Below, piece by piece: positions 17,159 to 27,019 of a stretch of DNA of 64,000 nt. The notes beneath the pieces are model-generated. The model searched no databases. It saw nothing but the letters and a program-made list of their open reading frames with translations, and was not told where the DNA came from. The translations under genes were made by a program, and so were the position numbers. This DNA is from a virus. Within the stretch, counting starts at the first letter, position 1. The number at the start of each line of letters is the position of its first letter. The stretch covers positions 1-64,000 of IMG/VR virus record IMGVR_UViG_3300029286_002355; one strand, written 5' to 3'.

Positions 17159-17467
17159 TTAAGTAACCACAGATTGTGCAATTGCCAAAAGCTTTTCTTC
17201 TTTTGCCGCATTTTTTAGTGCTTCTTTCTGTCTCTTTTTAAATTCCCTATTTTGTCTACCTGTCCATCGCATATTTTTTATAAGACGGTTATGGGCAGCT
17301 TGTATTTGGTCAAAGCAGTTAGTACAACAAGTAGATGGAGTACTATTGGGTTCTCGATATAACAATAGTTTCTTGTCTCCCTCAATATTTTTATCCCCTT
17401 CTTCAGGAGTAATGAGTTCGTAACAAACAGGACAGTATATTTTTTCGGCCATAAATTTTCTAGACAT
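17159..17467 (-). CDS. zinc-binding hypothetical protein
   Basis: CPVC..CTNC. Confidence 0.65.
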   Translation of the reverse strand: MSRKFMAEKIYCPVCYELITPEEGDKNIEGDKKLLLYREPNSTPSTCCTNCFDQIQAAHNRLIKNMRWTGRQNREFKKRQKEALKNAAKEEKLLAIAQSVVT

Positions 17468-17479
17468 ACTTACCCCCTC

Positions 17480-17755
17480 TCACCTATCTCTATCGGCCCA
17501 TCCTATATCGTTTCCCCAATCATCTGCCATTCTATTGAGCTTACTAAGACGATCAGAAGCCCTATCGTTAGCCTTAATCAATGCGGCAACCAAATCCTTT
17601 GTTTTATGAACAGAATTGGGAATAAGCCATTCGTCCTGTTCTTCGTCATATACTGTTCCGCAATCCTTACACCAAAAAATACGAAATGGTTTAGTATATT
17701 CTTCCCTATTAATATTGATTACTACTTCCATTTTCGATTGACAATTACAATTCAT
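17480..17755 (-). CDS. zinc-binding hypothetical protein
   Basis: CNC..CKDC. Confidence 0.6.
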   Translation of the reverse strand: MNCNCQSKMEVVININREEYTKPFRIFWCKDCGTVYDEEQDEWLIPNSVHKTKDLVAALIKANDRASDRLSKLNRMADDWGNDIGWADRDR

Positions 17756-17761
17756 GCGGAC

Positions 17762-17789
17762 ATCATAGCAGAAAAGATTAATAAGTCAA
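17762..17789 (-). promoter_or_regulatory. sigma70-type promoter
   Basis: TTGACT-N16-TATGAT with TTCTGC before the -10. Confidence 0.6.
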
Positions 17790-18034
17790 GAAGTTTTTAA
17801 TAGGGCCATAGGTGCTATTGCTTCACAAAATTTCTTATAAGATAAAGGTTTAGGACATTTGTTGACTGGAATAGCTTCGTGATCATAAGCCTGTTCATGC
17901 TTAACTACGGCAGACTTAACGGGATAATGCAAGGTGCAAAAAGCGGTTCCACCCGTATGATAAAAGTTACCGGGAAACGAAATGCAATGGGCAAAACAAC
18001 CTACGCAAGTTTTATGTTTCTTGACTTTAATCAT
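17786..18034 (-). CDS. Cys-rich hypothetical protein
   Basis: ORF with ATGA overlap. Confidence 0.6.
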   Translation of the reverse strand: MIKVKKHKTCVGCFAHCISFPGNFYHTGGTAFCTLHYPVKSAVVKHEQAYDHEAIPVNKCPKPLSYKKFCEAIAPMALLKTS

Positions 18035-18501
18035 TCAAGCCATCCTAATTCAATGACTGTATTTTTCAACATTTCTTTCCTCTGCCCCTCAATCTTGAAT
18101 TTCTTGCAACAGATATCGAAAGATTGTTTAAATGATCCTCCATGGGTTCGCAGACTTGAACTTTTCCAATCCGCAAGCATCTCAAGCAAATCAAAAAGAT
18201 TCATGTCATCAATACCGTTTTTGAAATGTTCGGGATGATGTTTGTTTTTGCTATAGTGCTCTTGAATGGCAACATCCATTTCTTTGAAAATTTCTAGGTA
18301 TTCCGGCGAACCAAACTTTAATGTGCTAAGTTTTGGAGAATACTTATCAAAGATAGGCTTCTCTAATGGATTTAACTTGGAATTGTCATGATGGTTAGCC
18401 CGATGAAGCAAAATATCTATCATGTTTTGAATGAACCTTTCCACGTTATCCTTATGGGTCAAAGTGTCTTGTTCGGAATCATAGGGCTTATTTTTTTTCA
18501 T
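18031..18501 (-). CDS. DUF5662-like HD-type protein
   Basis: HDNSK, HYSKNKHHPEHF, LLEMLADW. Confidence 0.7.
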   Translation of the reverse strand: MKKNKPYDSEQDTLTHKDNVERFIQNMIDILLHRANHHDNSKLNPLEKPIFDKYSPKLSTLKFGSPEYLEIFKEMDVAIQEHYSKNKHHPEHFKNGIDDMNLFDLLEMLADWKSSSLRTHGGSFKQSFDICCKKFKIEGQRKEMLKNTVIELGWLE

Positions 18502-19051
18502 GTTCTTTTTCTTCCATGGCTAATGCGTTGTTTTTCCACTGGTTCATCGTTTCTTTTGACAATCTGCCATCACAAGTAGATATTTGGCAATCGTTTCTAA
18601 CGTATATCCCGTTTCTGAGGTCACCAAGTCTACTAATATCAAAAAGATAATGTTCTGATTTCCCGTAATGTACCATTCTTCCAGACCAATACCCATGTCC
18701 GGTATTAGTAGCAATAATAAATCTCTTTTGGGGAGAAATCCATTTTACCGTAAACCCTTTCGGCCCCCAATCGCACCCACGGTAAAGTCGTTCTAAAAAA
18801 TCCTTGACTTCTTGTGGGATTTCTATTTCCGTCTTCTTTTCAAGTTCTTCCACTTTTTTACGAAGAGCCCATTGATCTTGAGCTATTTTAGTAGTTTTTA
18901 TTTCTACATTTTTCCTAACCTTCTTAATGATTTTGTCGTAAGCTTCTTTTGCTCTTTTGACATCGGGATCGGAATCAATAGAAAGAATCAAATTGTCCAT
19001 TTCTGTTCTGTTTTTGGCAATTTGCTTTTTCAATGAGGATAGGGTTTCCAT
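18488..19051 (-). CDS. hypothetical protein with N-terminal coiled coil
   Basis: 187-aa ORF with GGAG SD. Confidence 0.7.
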   Translation of the reverse strand: METLSSLKKQIAKNRTEMDNLILSIDSDPDVKRAKEAYDKIIKKVRKNVEIKTTKIAQDQWALRKKVEELEKKTEIEIPQEVKDFLERLYRGCDWGPKGFTVKWISPQKRFIIATNTGHGYWSGRMVHYGKSEHYLFDISRLGDLRNGIYVRNDCQISTCDGRLSKETMNQWKNNALAMEEKEHEKK

Positions 19052-19073
19052 GGTATCTCCATTTTTAATACTC

Positions 19074-19107
19074 CCGCCTCCTAGAAGTATTACCTTCTAG
19101 GAGGCGG
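19074..19107. terminator. perfect 14-bp GC-rich hairpin, possible terminator or processing site
   Basis: CCGCCTCCTAGAAG-TATTAC-CTTCTAGGAGGCGG, intergenic. Confidence 0.5.
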
Positions 19108-19138
19108 TTTCTCTGCAACCCTACGAGTGGCTTAAGAC

Positions 19139-19876
19139 TTAGGCCGCAGAAATCACAATCTGACTGTTTCGACTAACCAAGAACTTGTTGCCTGTTGAGA
19201 TATTCTTGAGAATCTTACGGCAGATTCTAATTCGCCCATCCTTGTTAACCGTAACGGGATATTCAATTGATGCACCATGTCCCGATAGGCTACTTAACAC
19301 AAGGCCAGCGGTTCCCACAACAACATAAACCTCTTGATGCGGGATATACCCCTGATTTCGTGCCATGTGGATAGGAATTTGAAGCCTTCCATTCTTTGTG
19401 GTAAGACGTTCCCCCTTTGCCAACTTTACTTTAGTCGTCGGTGCAAAAGGGCTTGATACCTGCGCTCCTGTTCCGCTTGAGGCAACAGTTACGGGAGCAG
19501 AAGTACCATCCAAGGAAGGAGGGGTATATCCGCCCGAAGAAGTTGGATTTGTGGGAGCCGTTGCCGTATCAACTTTCATTCCGGTTTGAGTGGGATTAGA
19601 ATTTGTCCAATCCTGATCGTACTTGGAGACATCACCGTAAGGATGGTAATAGACGAAAGGCATTACACTGGCATTGACATCTACCGCATCCCGAACATAG
19701 GAGCCCATTTCACTATTTTTGAACATGCCCTGAATGAGTGTATTGACTTCCTTGTGATGGAGACTTGTACCGGCCTTACGAAGCGTCCTTGTGACATCGT
19801 AAGCGGTAAACATGTAGCCATCCGTAACAAACTGTGTAACCGTATCTCGCACCAACTTTTCTGTGTTTGTATCCAT
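19139..19876 (-). CDS. putative DNA-binding protein with tandem AbrB/MraZ-like C-terminal motifs
   Basis: TTKNGRLQIP and VNKDGRIRIC; S/T/P-rich linker. Confidence 0.55.
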   Translation of the reverse strand: MDTNTEKLVRDTVTQFVTDGYMFTAYDVTRTLRKAGTSLHHKEVNTLIQGMFKNSEMGSYVRDAVDVNASVMPFVYYHPYGDVSKYDQDWTNSNPTQTGMKVDTATAPTNPTSSGGYTPPSLDGTSAPVTVASSGTGAQVSSPFAPTTKVKLAKGERLTTKNGRLQIPIHMARNQGYIPHQEVYVVVGTAGLVLSSLSGHGASIEYPVTVNKDGRIRICRKILKNISTGNKFLVSRNSQIVISAA

Positions 19877-19930
19877 TTTATTAACTCCCTTTCTTTGTTT
19901 ATTTTTTACTTACTCGATCTTTATATAAGC

Positions 19931-19958
19931 ATCATAACAGAATACTTGGAGAAGTCAA
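19931..19958 (-). promoter_or_regulatory. sigma70-type promoter
   Basis: TTGACT-N16-TATGAT, TTCTGT before the -10. Confidence 0.6.
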
Positions 19959-19964
19959 GTATTA

Positions 19965-20370
19965 TTATTTTTTGAGACTTGTTTTTCTAACAATTTTATT
20001 AATCCAAGCCATAAACTCCCCTAGATTATAAACATAAAAGTTCATGTGGGTTATAAGTTTTGCCTGATCTTTTATATAATCAACCATCCCTTCACTTGCT
20101 CCATTTCCGCCTACAACAAGAACAAAATTGCTTTCCGGGAATCTTTTCTGTCTAGCGTTTTCAAGGGGGAAAATTAATTTTTCATCGCACGACCCGCTTA
20201 CCCTTTGTATTTTACAATCAATTCTTATCCGAATGTATCCGTCAAGATCGTGCTTAACTGAATCAATCCTGTTTGATAGGTGGTTTGGGACAACTATAAC
20301 AAACTTTGCCTACCGCACCTGTTCTTGTTTTTAATGCTGGGGTACGGATAATTTTTAACAATGGCAATCG
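19965..20370 (-). pseudogene. decayed PD-(D/E)xK nuclease (restriction-like), frameshifted and 5'-truncated
   Basis: Manual translation KNYPYPSIK../AKFVIVVP..IRIDCKIQRVSGSCDEKLIFPLEN..VVGGNG..KTSLKK*; frameshift near 20310. Confidence 0.55.
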
Positions 20371-20798
20371 TTAATTAAAACATTTTTATAGTTTGTATTT
20401 AGAAACACTACGCCACTACCCACAAATGGCTCTATTATCCTCTTTGCGGAAATTGGAAATTGGGCAATCAAAAATGGCAATATCTTTCCTTTGCCCCCTG
20501 CCCATTTTAAAAAACTATGTTTGTAATTTTTGGTTTTTTTTATTCGATTCGTTTTTGAGGGGTTGATGTAGTCAAGCTCAAACCCATCATGGTAATCTGA
20601 GGACTTTAACACCTTACCAGACGGAATCAATCTGTCGTTAATAAACATCAGTATTTTGTCTTTTCTTAACCTAGAAGCAGACAGCATACAGCCTAATCCA
20701 TTCCTAAAAACAAGTTGACTATCTTCAATTTTAAACAAGCCCCTACAATGTCCGTCAATTATTCTATTCAATTCGTCAACGTAACTTGCAATAATCAT
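20355..20798 (-). pseudogene. dam: truncated Dam-type DNA adenine methylase
   Basis: LKWAGGK..IEPFVGSGVVFL..LIND then stop; catalytic DPPY absent. Confidence 0.75.
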
Positions 20799-21060
20799 AA
20801 AATCTCCTTTTTAATTCTTTATGCGTATATCATATCATACCGCTTCAAAAAGTCAACAACTATTTTCAATTATTTATTAAGCTAACCGAATCACATTGTC
20901 CTGACATACTACCCATGCCAAAGGCACAGGTGTTCTAGGCTTACACCAAAGCACTTGCCCGTGCTTTTACTAAATTTACCAAAATTTATACGAATACCTT
21001 CTTTTTATTAAATATATTTGGTTATCTTTGTTTTGTTCGGATTCATCTCTTAACGCCAAA

Positions 21061-21726
21061 TTACAGAGTCTTACTACAGAGTCTTATAACGTTGTCATAA
21101 ATGGACTGAGCAATATCATCCTTTGATCTTAACACTTCTTCCCAATCCGCCATTAACAATACACCAACATGTTCCCCACTCTTTTCAATAGCCTTCTTAT
21201 CATTTGCAAAAACCATGTCCAATTTATTATCTTCCCACAACTTTTTGGCAATTTCCACCATCTCTTTCGAAGACTTGCCACTTGTAAACTTAAACCCCAC
21301 CAAAATAGCATCCTTATTCCATTTTCTGAAATTGGAAATAACCTTGGGCGTTTTACGGATTGTCTTACGCATATGCTCAATCAATGCATCAGACGAATCA
21401 CTACTAACCTTTACCGCCCCCTCATAATCAAAAGTAAAATCAGAAATTGCCATTGGATGAATCACTACATCCGCTTGAGGAACCAAAGACTTCATAGCCT
21501 CCATTACCGATTCCGTATTGGTAACTTTTACAAAAGAATAGCAATAAAGATCGGACGGCTTTACGGCAGATTCAGGAGCTACATAAGTAACGTTATGCCC
21601 ATGTTCTAGGAATGTCTGGGCAATTAAAGCTCCCAGTCTTCCTGTAGAAATATTCGTGAGAACCCTTATGTCGTCTATGTGCTCAGCCGTTCCACCACTA
21701 GTAACTACTACGTTTAATTTCTTCAT
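21061..21726 (-). CDS. coaB: phosphopantothenate--cysteine ligase (monofunctional)
   Basis: VVVTSGGTAEHIDDIRVLTNISTGRLG, HPMAISDF, LVGFK, FAND. Confidence 0.9.
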   Translation of the reverse strand: MKKLNVVVTSGGTAEHIDDIRVLTNISTGRLGALIAQTFLEHGHNVTYVAPESAVKPSDLYCYSFVKVTNTESVMEAMKSLVPQADVVIHPMAISDFTFDYEGAVKVSSDSSDALIEHMRKTIRKTPKVISNFRKWNKDAILVGFKFTSGKSSKEMVEIAKKLWEDNKLDMVFANDKKAIEKSGEHVGVLLMADWEEVLRSKDDIAQSIYDNVIRLCSKTL

Positions 21727-23084
21727 GCGAATGCCTCCTTTGCTATTTCTATATTTTTATCTTCCCCATCTTCTAACCATAGTACAATTACCTTGAACCC
21801 TTTTTTCGTGGCAAATCTATTTTTTTCTTCATCAAAGCTACTTTTAACATCCGCAGCTTCTTTTGTCCAAGGGTGCCTCCATGAATCCCACCTATTATAA
21901 TCGCTAGACTTCCATACAGGGTTAGGATGAACGTGCTCTCCGTTAAATTCCAATATAACCTTTTTTGATTTAACTACAAAATCGTAAACGTAAAATTTTT
22001 CTTTGTCGCCTAAAAACCATTCTTGAGAACCGCTTATGCCAAAGAATATATCGTCTCTTCCAATACCGTTTTTCCTTAAATACTTATATAGTGGAATAAA
22101 AACCCTAAGAGAATATTTAGACGCCATCCTGTTACGAGACTTTAACTGTTCCATCCAGTTTATATATCTTTTCTTACCTTCATTTTTCCCATACTTTTTA
22201 GTGAGATATTCTAGCGTATGCGAATAGGCTATGGTTTTGCATTTTTCTTTATGTCTTATGTGCCCTTCTTTTTCCCCATATTTTTCTACATACCACTTCA
22301 AAGACCCCTTTTCTCTAGCTTTGGTTAAATATTGAGACCATTTTAGTAGCCCATCCTCTAAACCGTATAATGCAACACACTTTTCGTAAGAATAACTTAC
22401 TTTTTTGCATAAACTTTCATATTTCTTTTTACCTTCTTTCTTGCCATATTTCGCTTCAAACTTTTTTAAACTAAACCCACTATTTTTTTTAAATTCTTCC
22501 CAACGCTTCGAGCCATTTTTTTCCCCATACAGTCCTATATAGTTTTGCAATGTATTTTTCCATGTTTTTTGCTCGGCGGATTTTTCGGCAGCTTCTTTTT
22601 CCCCATACCCTCGCTTAATCCAAAACTCAGGATTATGTGGAGAAAACTCTTTTTTAAATTTTGGATCGGAATTTAGTTTTTCAATAAGTATTTTTCTTGA
22701 ATCGTTTTGAAACTTTTCTTTAAGCAATTGGGCTTCTTTTTTTGTATAGCCTTTTCTTAACCAATATTGAAGGGACATTTTTCCACGTCCAGATTGTAAT
22801 TTGGATATTTTAGTTTTGGCGTCAGCTATGTCCCATCCTCTTATCGTCCAATATTCTGTTGATAATTTAGATTTAATACAGAAATATTTACTCCTAATAA
22901 GCCTGAGCAATCTTACAATTCCAATAGAATTAAAGCCTGATAAAATTTCTTCGAAAACCCCCATAAGGCTTGGCGTCATCTTTTTTATGTCTACTATGTG
23001 TTTATGACGTATAAACTCAAAAAGCTCTTGGGGACTACTAACTGTACCTAAAATTTCATTATATTTACATATTTTCATAATCAC
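21723..23084 (-). CDS. free-standing homing endonuclease: YGxxxG helical repeats plus Vsr-like PD-(D/E)xK domain
   Basis: Repeated KYG.EEG..KW/Y units; YVYDF..ILEFNGEHVH. Confidence 0.7.
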   Translation of the reverse strand: MIMKICKYNEILGTVSSPQELFEFIRHKHIVDIKKMTPSLMGVFEEILSGFNSIGIVRLLRLIRSKYFCIKSKLSTEYWTIRGWDIADAKTKISKLQSGRGKMSLQYWLRKGYTKKEAQLLKEKFQNDSRKILIEKLNSDPKFKKEFSPHNPEFWIKRGYGEKEAAEKSAEQKTWKNTLQNYIGLYGEKNGSKRWEEFKKNSGFSLKKFEAKYGKKEGKKKYESLCKKVSYSYEKCVALYGLEDGLLKWSQYLTKAREKGSLKWYVEKYGEKEGHIRHKEKCKTIAYSHTLEYLTKKYGKNEGKKRYINWMEQLKSRNRMASKYSLRVFIPLYKYLRKNGIGRDDIFFGISGSQEWFLGDKEKFYVYDFVVKSKKVILEFNGEHVHPNPVWKSSDYNRWDSWRHPWTKEAADVKSSFDEEKNRFATKKGFKVIVLWLEDGEDKNIEIAKEAFA

Positions 23085-23204
23085 TCCTTATATTTGCGCT
23101 ACGAGTGATTATTCTTTATTTATCTCTCTAGTTCCTTCAAAAATAACAACTTTTTCTCCCTTGCTCCGCCTGCCGTAATTAAGCTTTTTCATTTTTCTCC
23201 TATT

Positions 23205-23540
23205 TTACACTTCTTTTGGCGGCTTCGGATTCCAATCTACACTTGCGAAAACCTGATAGTCTTTAACATTGTTGGCGATTTTAGCAACTTCACTCATTGT
23301 CGTTTTACTCCCGCACATTTGGAGAAACTCGAACAATCCACGTGGCCCCTCCCCATAATAGCCCCAACTAAAACCACTAAAAGTAAAGATGTTGTTTGTC
23401 CACTCTGCTTTGACCAAATACTCCCAAGGGTCATCAACATAAGTCAGAGTAATCCTTATAGGCTTACCAAACGCCTTAATCAACATCTTGGCGTTATCTA
23501 GCGAATTTTCTGTTACTCCGCATTCTTCTTTGATTTTCAT
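23205..23540 (-). CDS. hypothetical protein
   Basis: FSGFSWGYYGEGPRGL, a motif I associate with phage hypothetical proteins. Confidence 0.65.
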   Translation of the reverse strand: MKIKEECGVTENSLDNAKMLIKAFGKPIRITLTYVDDPWEYLVKAEWTNNIFTFSGFSWGYYGEGPRGLFEFLQMCGSKTTMSEVAKIANNVKDYQVFASVDWNPKPPKEV

Positions 23541-23541
23541 G

Positions 23542-24087
23542 TTATCCTCTTTTCTTTTCGATTACCATGTTTATGAACTCAATAGCATCTCTTGGCTTCA
23601 TAACTCCACCATTACCAACATCTCCACAAGCTAACTTCGTTTCTATGGTTGCCGCTACCCAAGTCCCATGAACCTTAAGCATTTCAATATTCCTAACCGT
23701 AGTAAAATGTTCCAACATGTTTGTATTCATTGCCGGGAACACTATTTTTATTGTTTTTTTCGGTAGAGCCAAATAAACCGTAGAAAGCAAATCGTCGGCA
23801 ATACCACAAGAAAACTTAGCAATGATATTGGCTGTGGCAGGATAGACTACAAAAATTTCACTCCATTTTGCCACCTCAATATGCTCTACTAAACCATTTC
23901 TTTCTACCCACATATCGTTCATTACAGGATGATTAGACAAAGTAGATAAGGTCAATGGGGTAATGAATTTGGTAGCACTATCAGTCATGATTACTCTAAC
24001 ATCATGCCCTTGCGCCTTTAATCCCGTAATCAAATCACAAGCCTTGTAACAAGCTATCCCCCCTGTTATTCCAACAATGATATTCAT
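23542..24087 (-). CDS. coaC: phosphopantothenoylcysteine decarboxylase (flavoprotein)
   Basis: GITGGIACYK, HIEVAKW, PATANIIAK..GIADDL, PAMNTNM, LACGDVGNG. Confidence 0.92.
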   Translation of the reverse strand: MNIIVGITGGIACYKACDLITGLKAQGHDVRVIMTDSATKFITPLTLSTLSNHPVMNDMWVERNGLVEHIEVAKWSEIFVVYPATANIIAKFSCGIADDLLSTVYLALPKKTIKIVFPAMNTNMLEHFTTVRNIEMLKVHGTWVAATIETKLACGDVGNGGVMKPRDAIEFINMVIEKKRG

Positions 24088-24284
24088 GATTGCCCCTCTA
24101 CGATTCTCTTTACATTCTCGGTTACAGATTGAAGTTCATCAAGAGTCCATCGTTGTCTTGGGGTCTCAAAATGTAAAACCCCATTCTCTTCCATTACCCT
24201 ACCAATCCACTCTTCAGATCCATTGGGGTGGTTGGCATAGAAATCCCAATTTGATCCCCTATCTCGTATAACAATGGTAGTCAT
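24084..24284 (-). CDS. hypothetical protein
   Basis: ORF with ATGA overlap. Confidence 0.6.
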   Translation of the reverse strand: MTTIVIRDRGSNWDFYANHPNGSEEWIGRVMEENGVLHFETPRQRWTLDELQSVTENVKRIVEGQS

Positions 24285-24309
24285 ATTACCTTTCCTTTAT
24301 TTCCTTAGC

Positions 24310-24337
24310 ATCATAACAGAAGCGGCGAATAAATCAA
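24310..24337 (-). promoter_or_regulatory. sigma70-type promoter
   Basis: TTGATT-N16-TATGAT, TTCTGT before the -10. Confidence 0.55.
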
Positions 24338-24342
24338 GTTAA

Positions 24343-24537
24343 TTATCTTACTCTTTCTAGAACAAGTCGATATTTTGGGACATCAAGGCTCCACAGTTCT
24401 GATGGAAACTTAAGGGGTATTCGTTTACCAACTATTTGATCGGGATAAAGAACAACTTCAAAATAGGGGTCTGTTCCATTAGCCCAAGGATATCCTGCGC
24501 CCAACACATAACGCTTTTTGAATGTAGTCTTTTTCAT
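24343..24537 (-). CDS. hypothetical protein
   Basis: Start moved to MKKTTFKK. Confidence 0.55.
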   Translation of the reverse strand: MKKTTFKKRYVLGAGYPWANGTDPYFEVVLYPDQIVGKRIPLKFPSELWSLDVPKYRLVLERVR

Positions 24538-24700
24538 ATTTTCCTCGCATTCTTTCTTTGATAACTTCGTCCAGCTTTCCATCCCCTGACATAAGCAAAT
24601 TTGAATAACCAAGCAGGAATTAGATCGGACACATTGTATTTTTTACTTAATTTATTCCAGTGTATCATCATTACTTTTTCAGGATGCATTTGATTCTTTT

Positions 24701-24871
24701 TCATTGTATTTCTCCTTCATCTATAAAGGTTTCTGCCGTAGCACAAATCTCTATTACGCTATTTTCCAACATTTTTCGAAGAACTTCCTTTTGCCCTTCG
24801 ATGTCATAAAGAGGAACCTTCCACAATTCACGGAGAGATTGATCTATTAATGCTTCTCTATTTTTTATCAT
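24701..24871 (-). CDS. hypothetical protein
   Basis: Start moved to MIKNREAL. Confidence 0.5.
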   Translation of the reverse strand: MIKNREALIDQSLRELWKVPLYDIEGQKEVLRKMLENSVIEICATAETFIDEGEIQ

Positions 24872-25799
24872 GGAACCCTGCCTCTCTAAACTCAGGAGCA
24901 ATGTAACCCATCCCAAGAGCTTTGAAAATATCCTCTTCCCTTAATCCCGCAATCCACTTCCCCTTGAAAAGGCCATACTCATTCAGCTTCATGCCTTTGG
25001 AAATTGCTAATCGTCGCATTTCTATATTGAATTCGTAAGAACCCGTAAGGCTCATCATCATAGCACCAAACTGATGCTTATTGACAAACCGAATATCAAC
25101 CCCAATGCCTTTATAGATTGCGCTAAATTTCTTTGCCCCAACCTCAATTACTTCCTCCCAACCAATCTTTTTAACCGCACTGTAACCCTTGGCAATCGTG
25201 TTTTTATCCCCAGCCATGACAATATCAATATCACCAGAAGTAGCAGCGTTTCTACGAATACTTCCACAAACAATCATCATGGCTTTGGGGACTTCAAGCC
25301 TAAGAGGGAACATAATTTCATTGGACAAGTCAATTGCTTCCGCACGGCTCATCCTACGCCCCTTTAACTTCATTTCCCTAACCACATGACGTTCTAGCTT
25401 GCCATCAACAATGATTTTCTTTTGAATAAGAGCATAAAGTTCTTTGAGAGTCTTTATCTTGTATTCTTTAAAGAGTTTTTGTGCTTTAACCGGGCCAATT
25501 CCTTTAACCTTCATCAGTTCGGAATAATCTTTATCTGAACCCGCAAACTTATTCAATTTGCTTAGTTTTCCTGTCTTAAGCATCTCTTCCACTTTGGCAT
25601 AGATACTCTTACCAATTCCCTGCATATTAATAACTTGATTGGCCGAAACAAGTGGAACCTTCATATTGGCAATTGTTTTAGCCGCTTTAAGATAGGCAAC
25701 CTTCTTAAAACGAGCATAGGGATTATCAGGCTCCATAACCATGACTACATCCCCAAGCTTCTTTAGACTTTCAACAATGTATGCTTTATGATCTTTCAT
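24858..25799 (-). CDS. polX: family X DNA polymerase, no PHP domain
   Basis: HhH QGIGKSI and KGIGPVKA, CGSIRR, GDIDIV, DIR, LTGS..FN..MR..LNEYGL. Confidence 0.9.
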   Translation of the reverse strand: MKDHKAYIVESLKKLGDVVMVMEPDNPYARFKKVAYLKAAKTIANMKVPLVSANQVINMQGIGKSIYAKVEEMLKTGKLSKLNKFAGSDKDYSELMKVKGIGPVKAQKLFKEYKIKTLKELYALIQKKIIVDGKLERHVVREMKLKGRRMSRAEAIDLSNEIMFPLRLEVPKAMMIVCGSIRRNAATSGDIDIVMAGDKNTIAKGYSAVKKIGWEEVIEVGAKKFSAIYKGIGVDIRFVNKHQFGAMMMSLTGSYEFNIEMRRLAISKGMKLNEYGLFKGKWIAGLREEDIFKALGMGYIAPEFREAGFHDKK

Positions 25800-25973
25800 G
25801 CCATTACATTATCAAAAAACCGTCTATTTGTCAAGCGTAATTTTTGGGTCTAGGATACCAAGCATTTACATTATGCGCCCTAACGGTTATAGCATTAAAC
25901 CACCAACGAAGCTCAGGATGTTCGGTTATGATTCTCTTAGGCTTTTCAACATCTTTTTCTTTCGTTTCGTTTT

Positions 25974-26579
25974 TCATGAATTTCCATTCCAATGCATTAT
26001 TGATGGTCGCATAATATCTGCTTTACTCTTTAGTTGGATTAACAATGGAGTCGGGTCAACCTGTAAATCATAGAAGTGTTCTTTGTTTGGGTCTTGTTGA
26101 TCTTCATACAAATATTGCCAACCGTGATGATGCATTGCGAAATGGAGCATTGACATAGCCTTACCCTTATCCTTTTTTAGGATTTGTAGAACCGTACCAA
26201 TAACCTGCCCACTATTAACCGATTGTCCTTCTTTTAAAGAGTCAAGTGGTTTGATTTCTCCGTAGCAAATAACGCCTGAATATCCTTCAACATCAACAGC
26301 CCAACTTGTTTTCCAATGAGAACATCCAGCTTCTTTCCCAGTGAAATAACGGATTTTGACTATTTCTCCATTTTCTACGGCATAAACCTTGGAACCAACA
26401 GGAGAATATAGATCCACTCCTGTATGTACATCAAACTTCCTTTTGGCTAAAAAGGAACCATAGTGAAGGCATACAGGAATATCGGGCATGGGCAAAAGCG
26501 GCGGATGATAAAAATTCATGTGATGGGAATAGTCACCAATAACCCCGCTATCAATTTTAGGATGTAATTGCTTTTCCAT
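25974..26579 (-). CDS. M23 family peptidase
   Basis: HTGVDLY, YGEI, MLHF. Confidence 0.8.
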   Translation of the reverse strand: MEKQLHPKIDSGVIGDYSHHMNFYHPPLLPMPDIPVCLHYGSFLAKRKFDVHTGVDLYSPVGSKVYAVENGEIVKIRYFTGKEAGCSHWKTSWAVDVEGYSGVICYGEIKPLDSLKEGQSVNSGQVIGTVLQILKKDKGKAMSMLHFAMHHHGWQYLYEDQQDPNKEHFYDLQVDPTPLLIQLKSKADIMRPSIMHWNGNS

Positions 26580-27018
26580 GATCTATTCTTTCAAATTCTT
26601 CATCAATAATAGCTTCAATTTTGGCCTGTGATTTTTCAAAAATTTCTTTTGACCATTCCTGCCCTGCATTAGCCATATCAACCGCCGTTTCGGGCAATGT
26701 TTTTAAAAGCTTTTTCCCTGTCGCACTTTGATAGAATTTCAACATAGCAGAAATATCTTTACCATTATAGTATTTCAGGTAAATTTCTGTTACTTTCCCC
26801 CGGAAGAAATCCATAGACTCTTTAGTGAAAATTGCAGCCAAAATCTTAGATACAACCACCTTGGATGTTAATCCTGCCTCGGATGCTTCTCCGTAAGGCA
26901 TATTGGCTAATCTCGCCTGAGTAACAGAGTTGATTAATGACTTTATTGAGTTTTCTGATAGCACTAACCCAATAAGCTTTTTTAGGTCTTTATCTTTTTT
27001 CGTAATTTTCTTTTTCAT
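26557..27018 (-). CDS. DUF2059-like protein
   Basis: IYLKYYNGKDISAMLKFYQSATGKKLLKTLP. Confidence 0.7.
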   Translation of the reverse strand: MKKKITKKDKDLKKLIGLVLSENSIKSLINSVTQARLANMPYGEASEAGLTSKVVVSKILAAIFTKESMDFFRGKVTEIYLKYYNGKDISAMLKFYQSATGKKLLKTLPETAVDMANAGQEWSKEIFEKSQAKIEAIIDEEFERIDHGKAITS

Positions 27019-27019
27019 A

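Noticed and set aside
21061-21086. Tandem duplication TACAGAGTCTTA at the coaB stop
   Set aside because: A 13-nt local duplication that changes only the last few residues.
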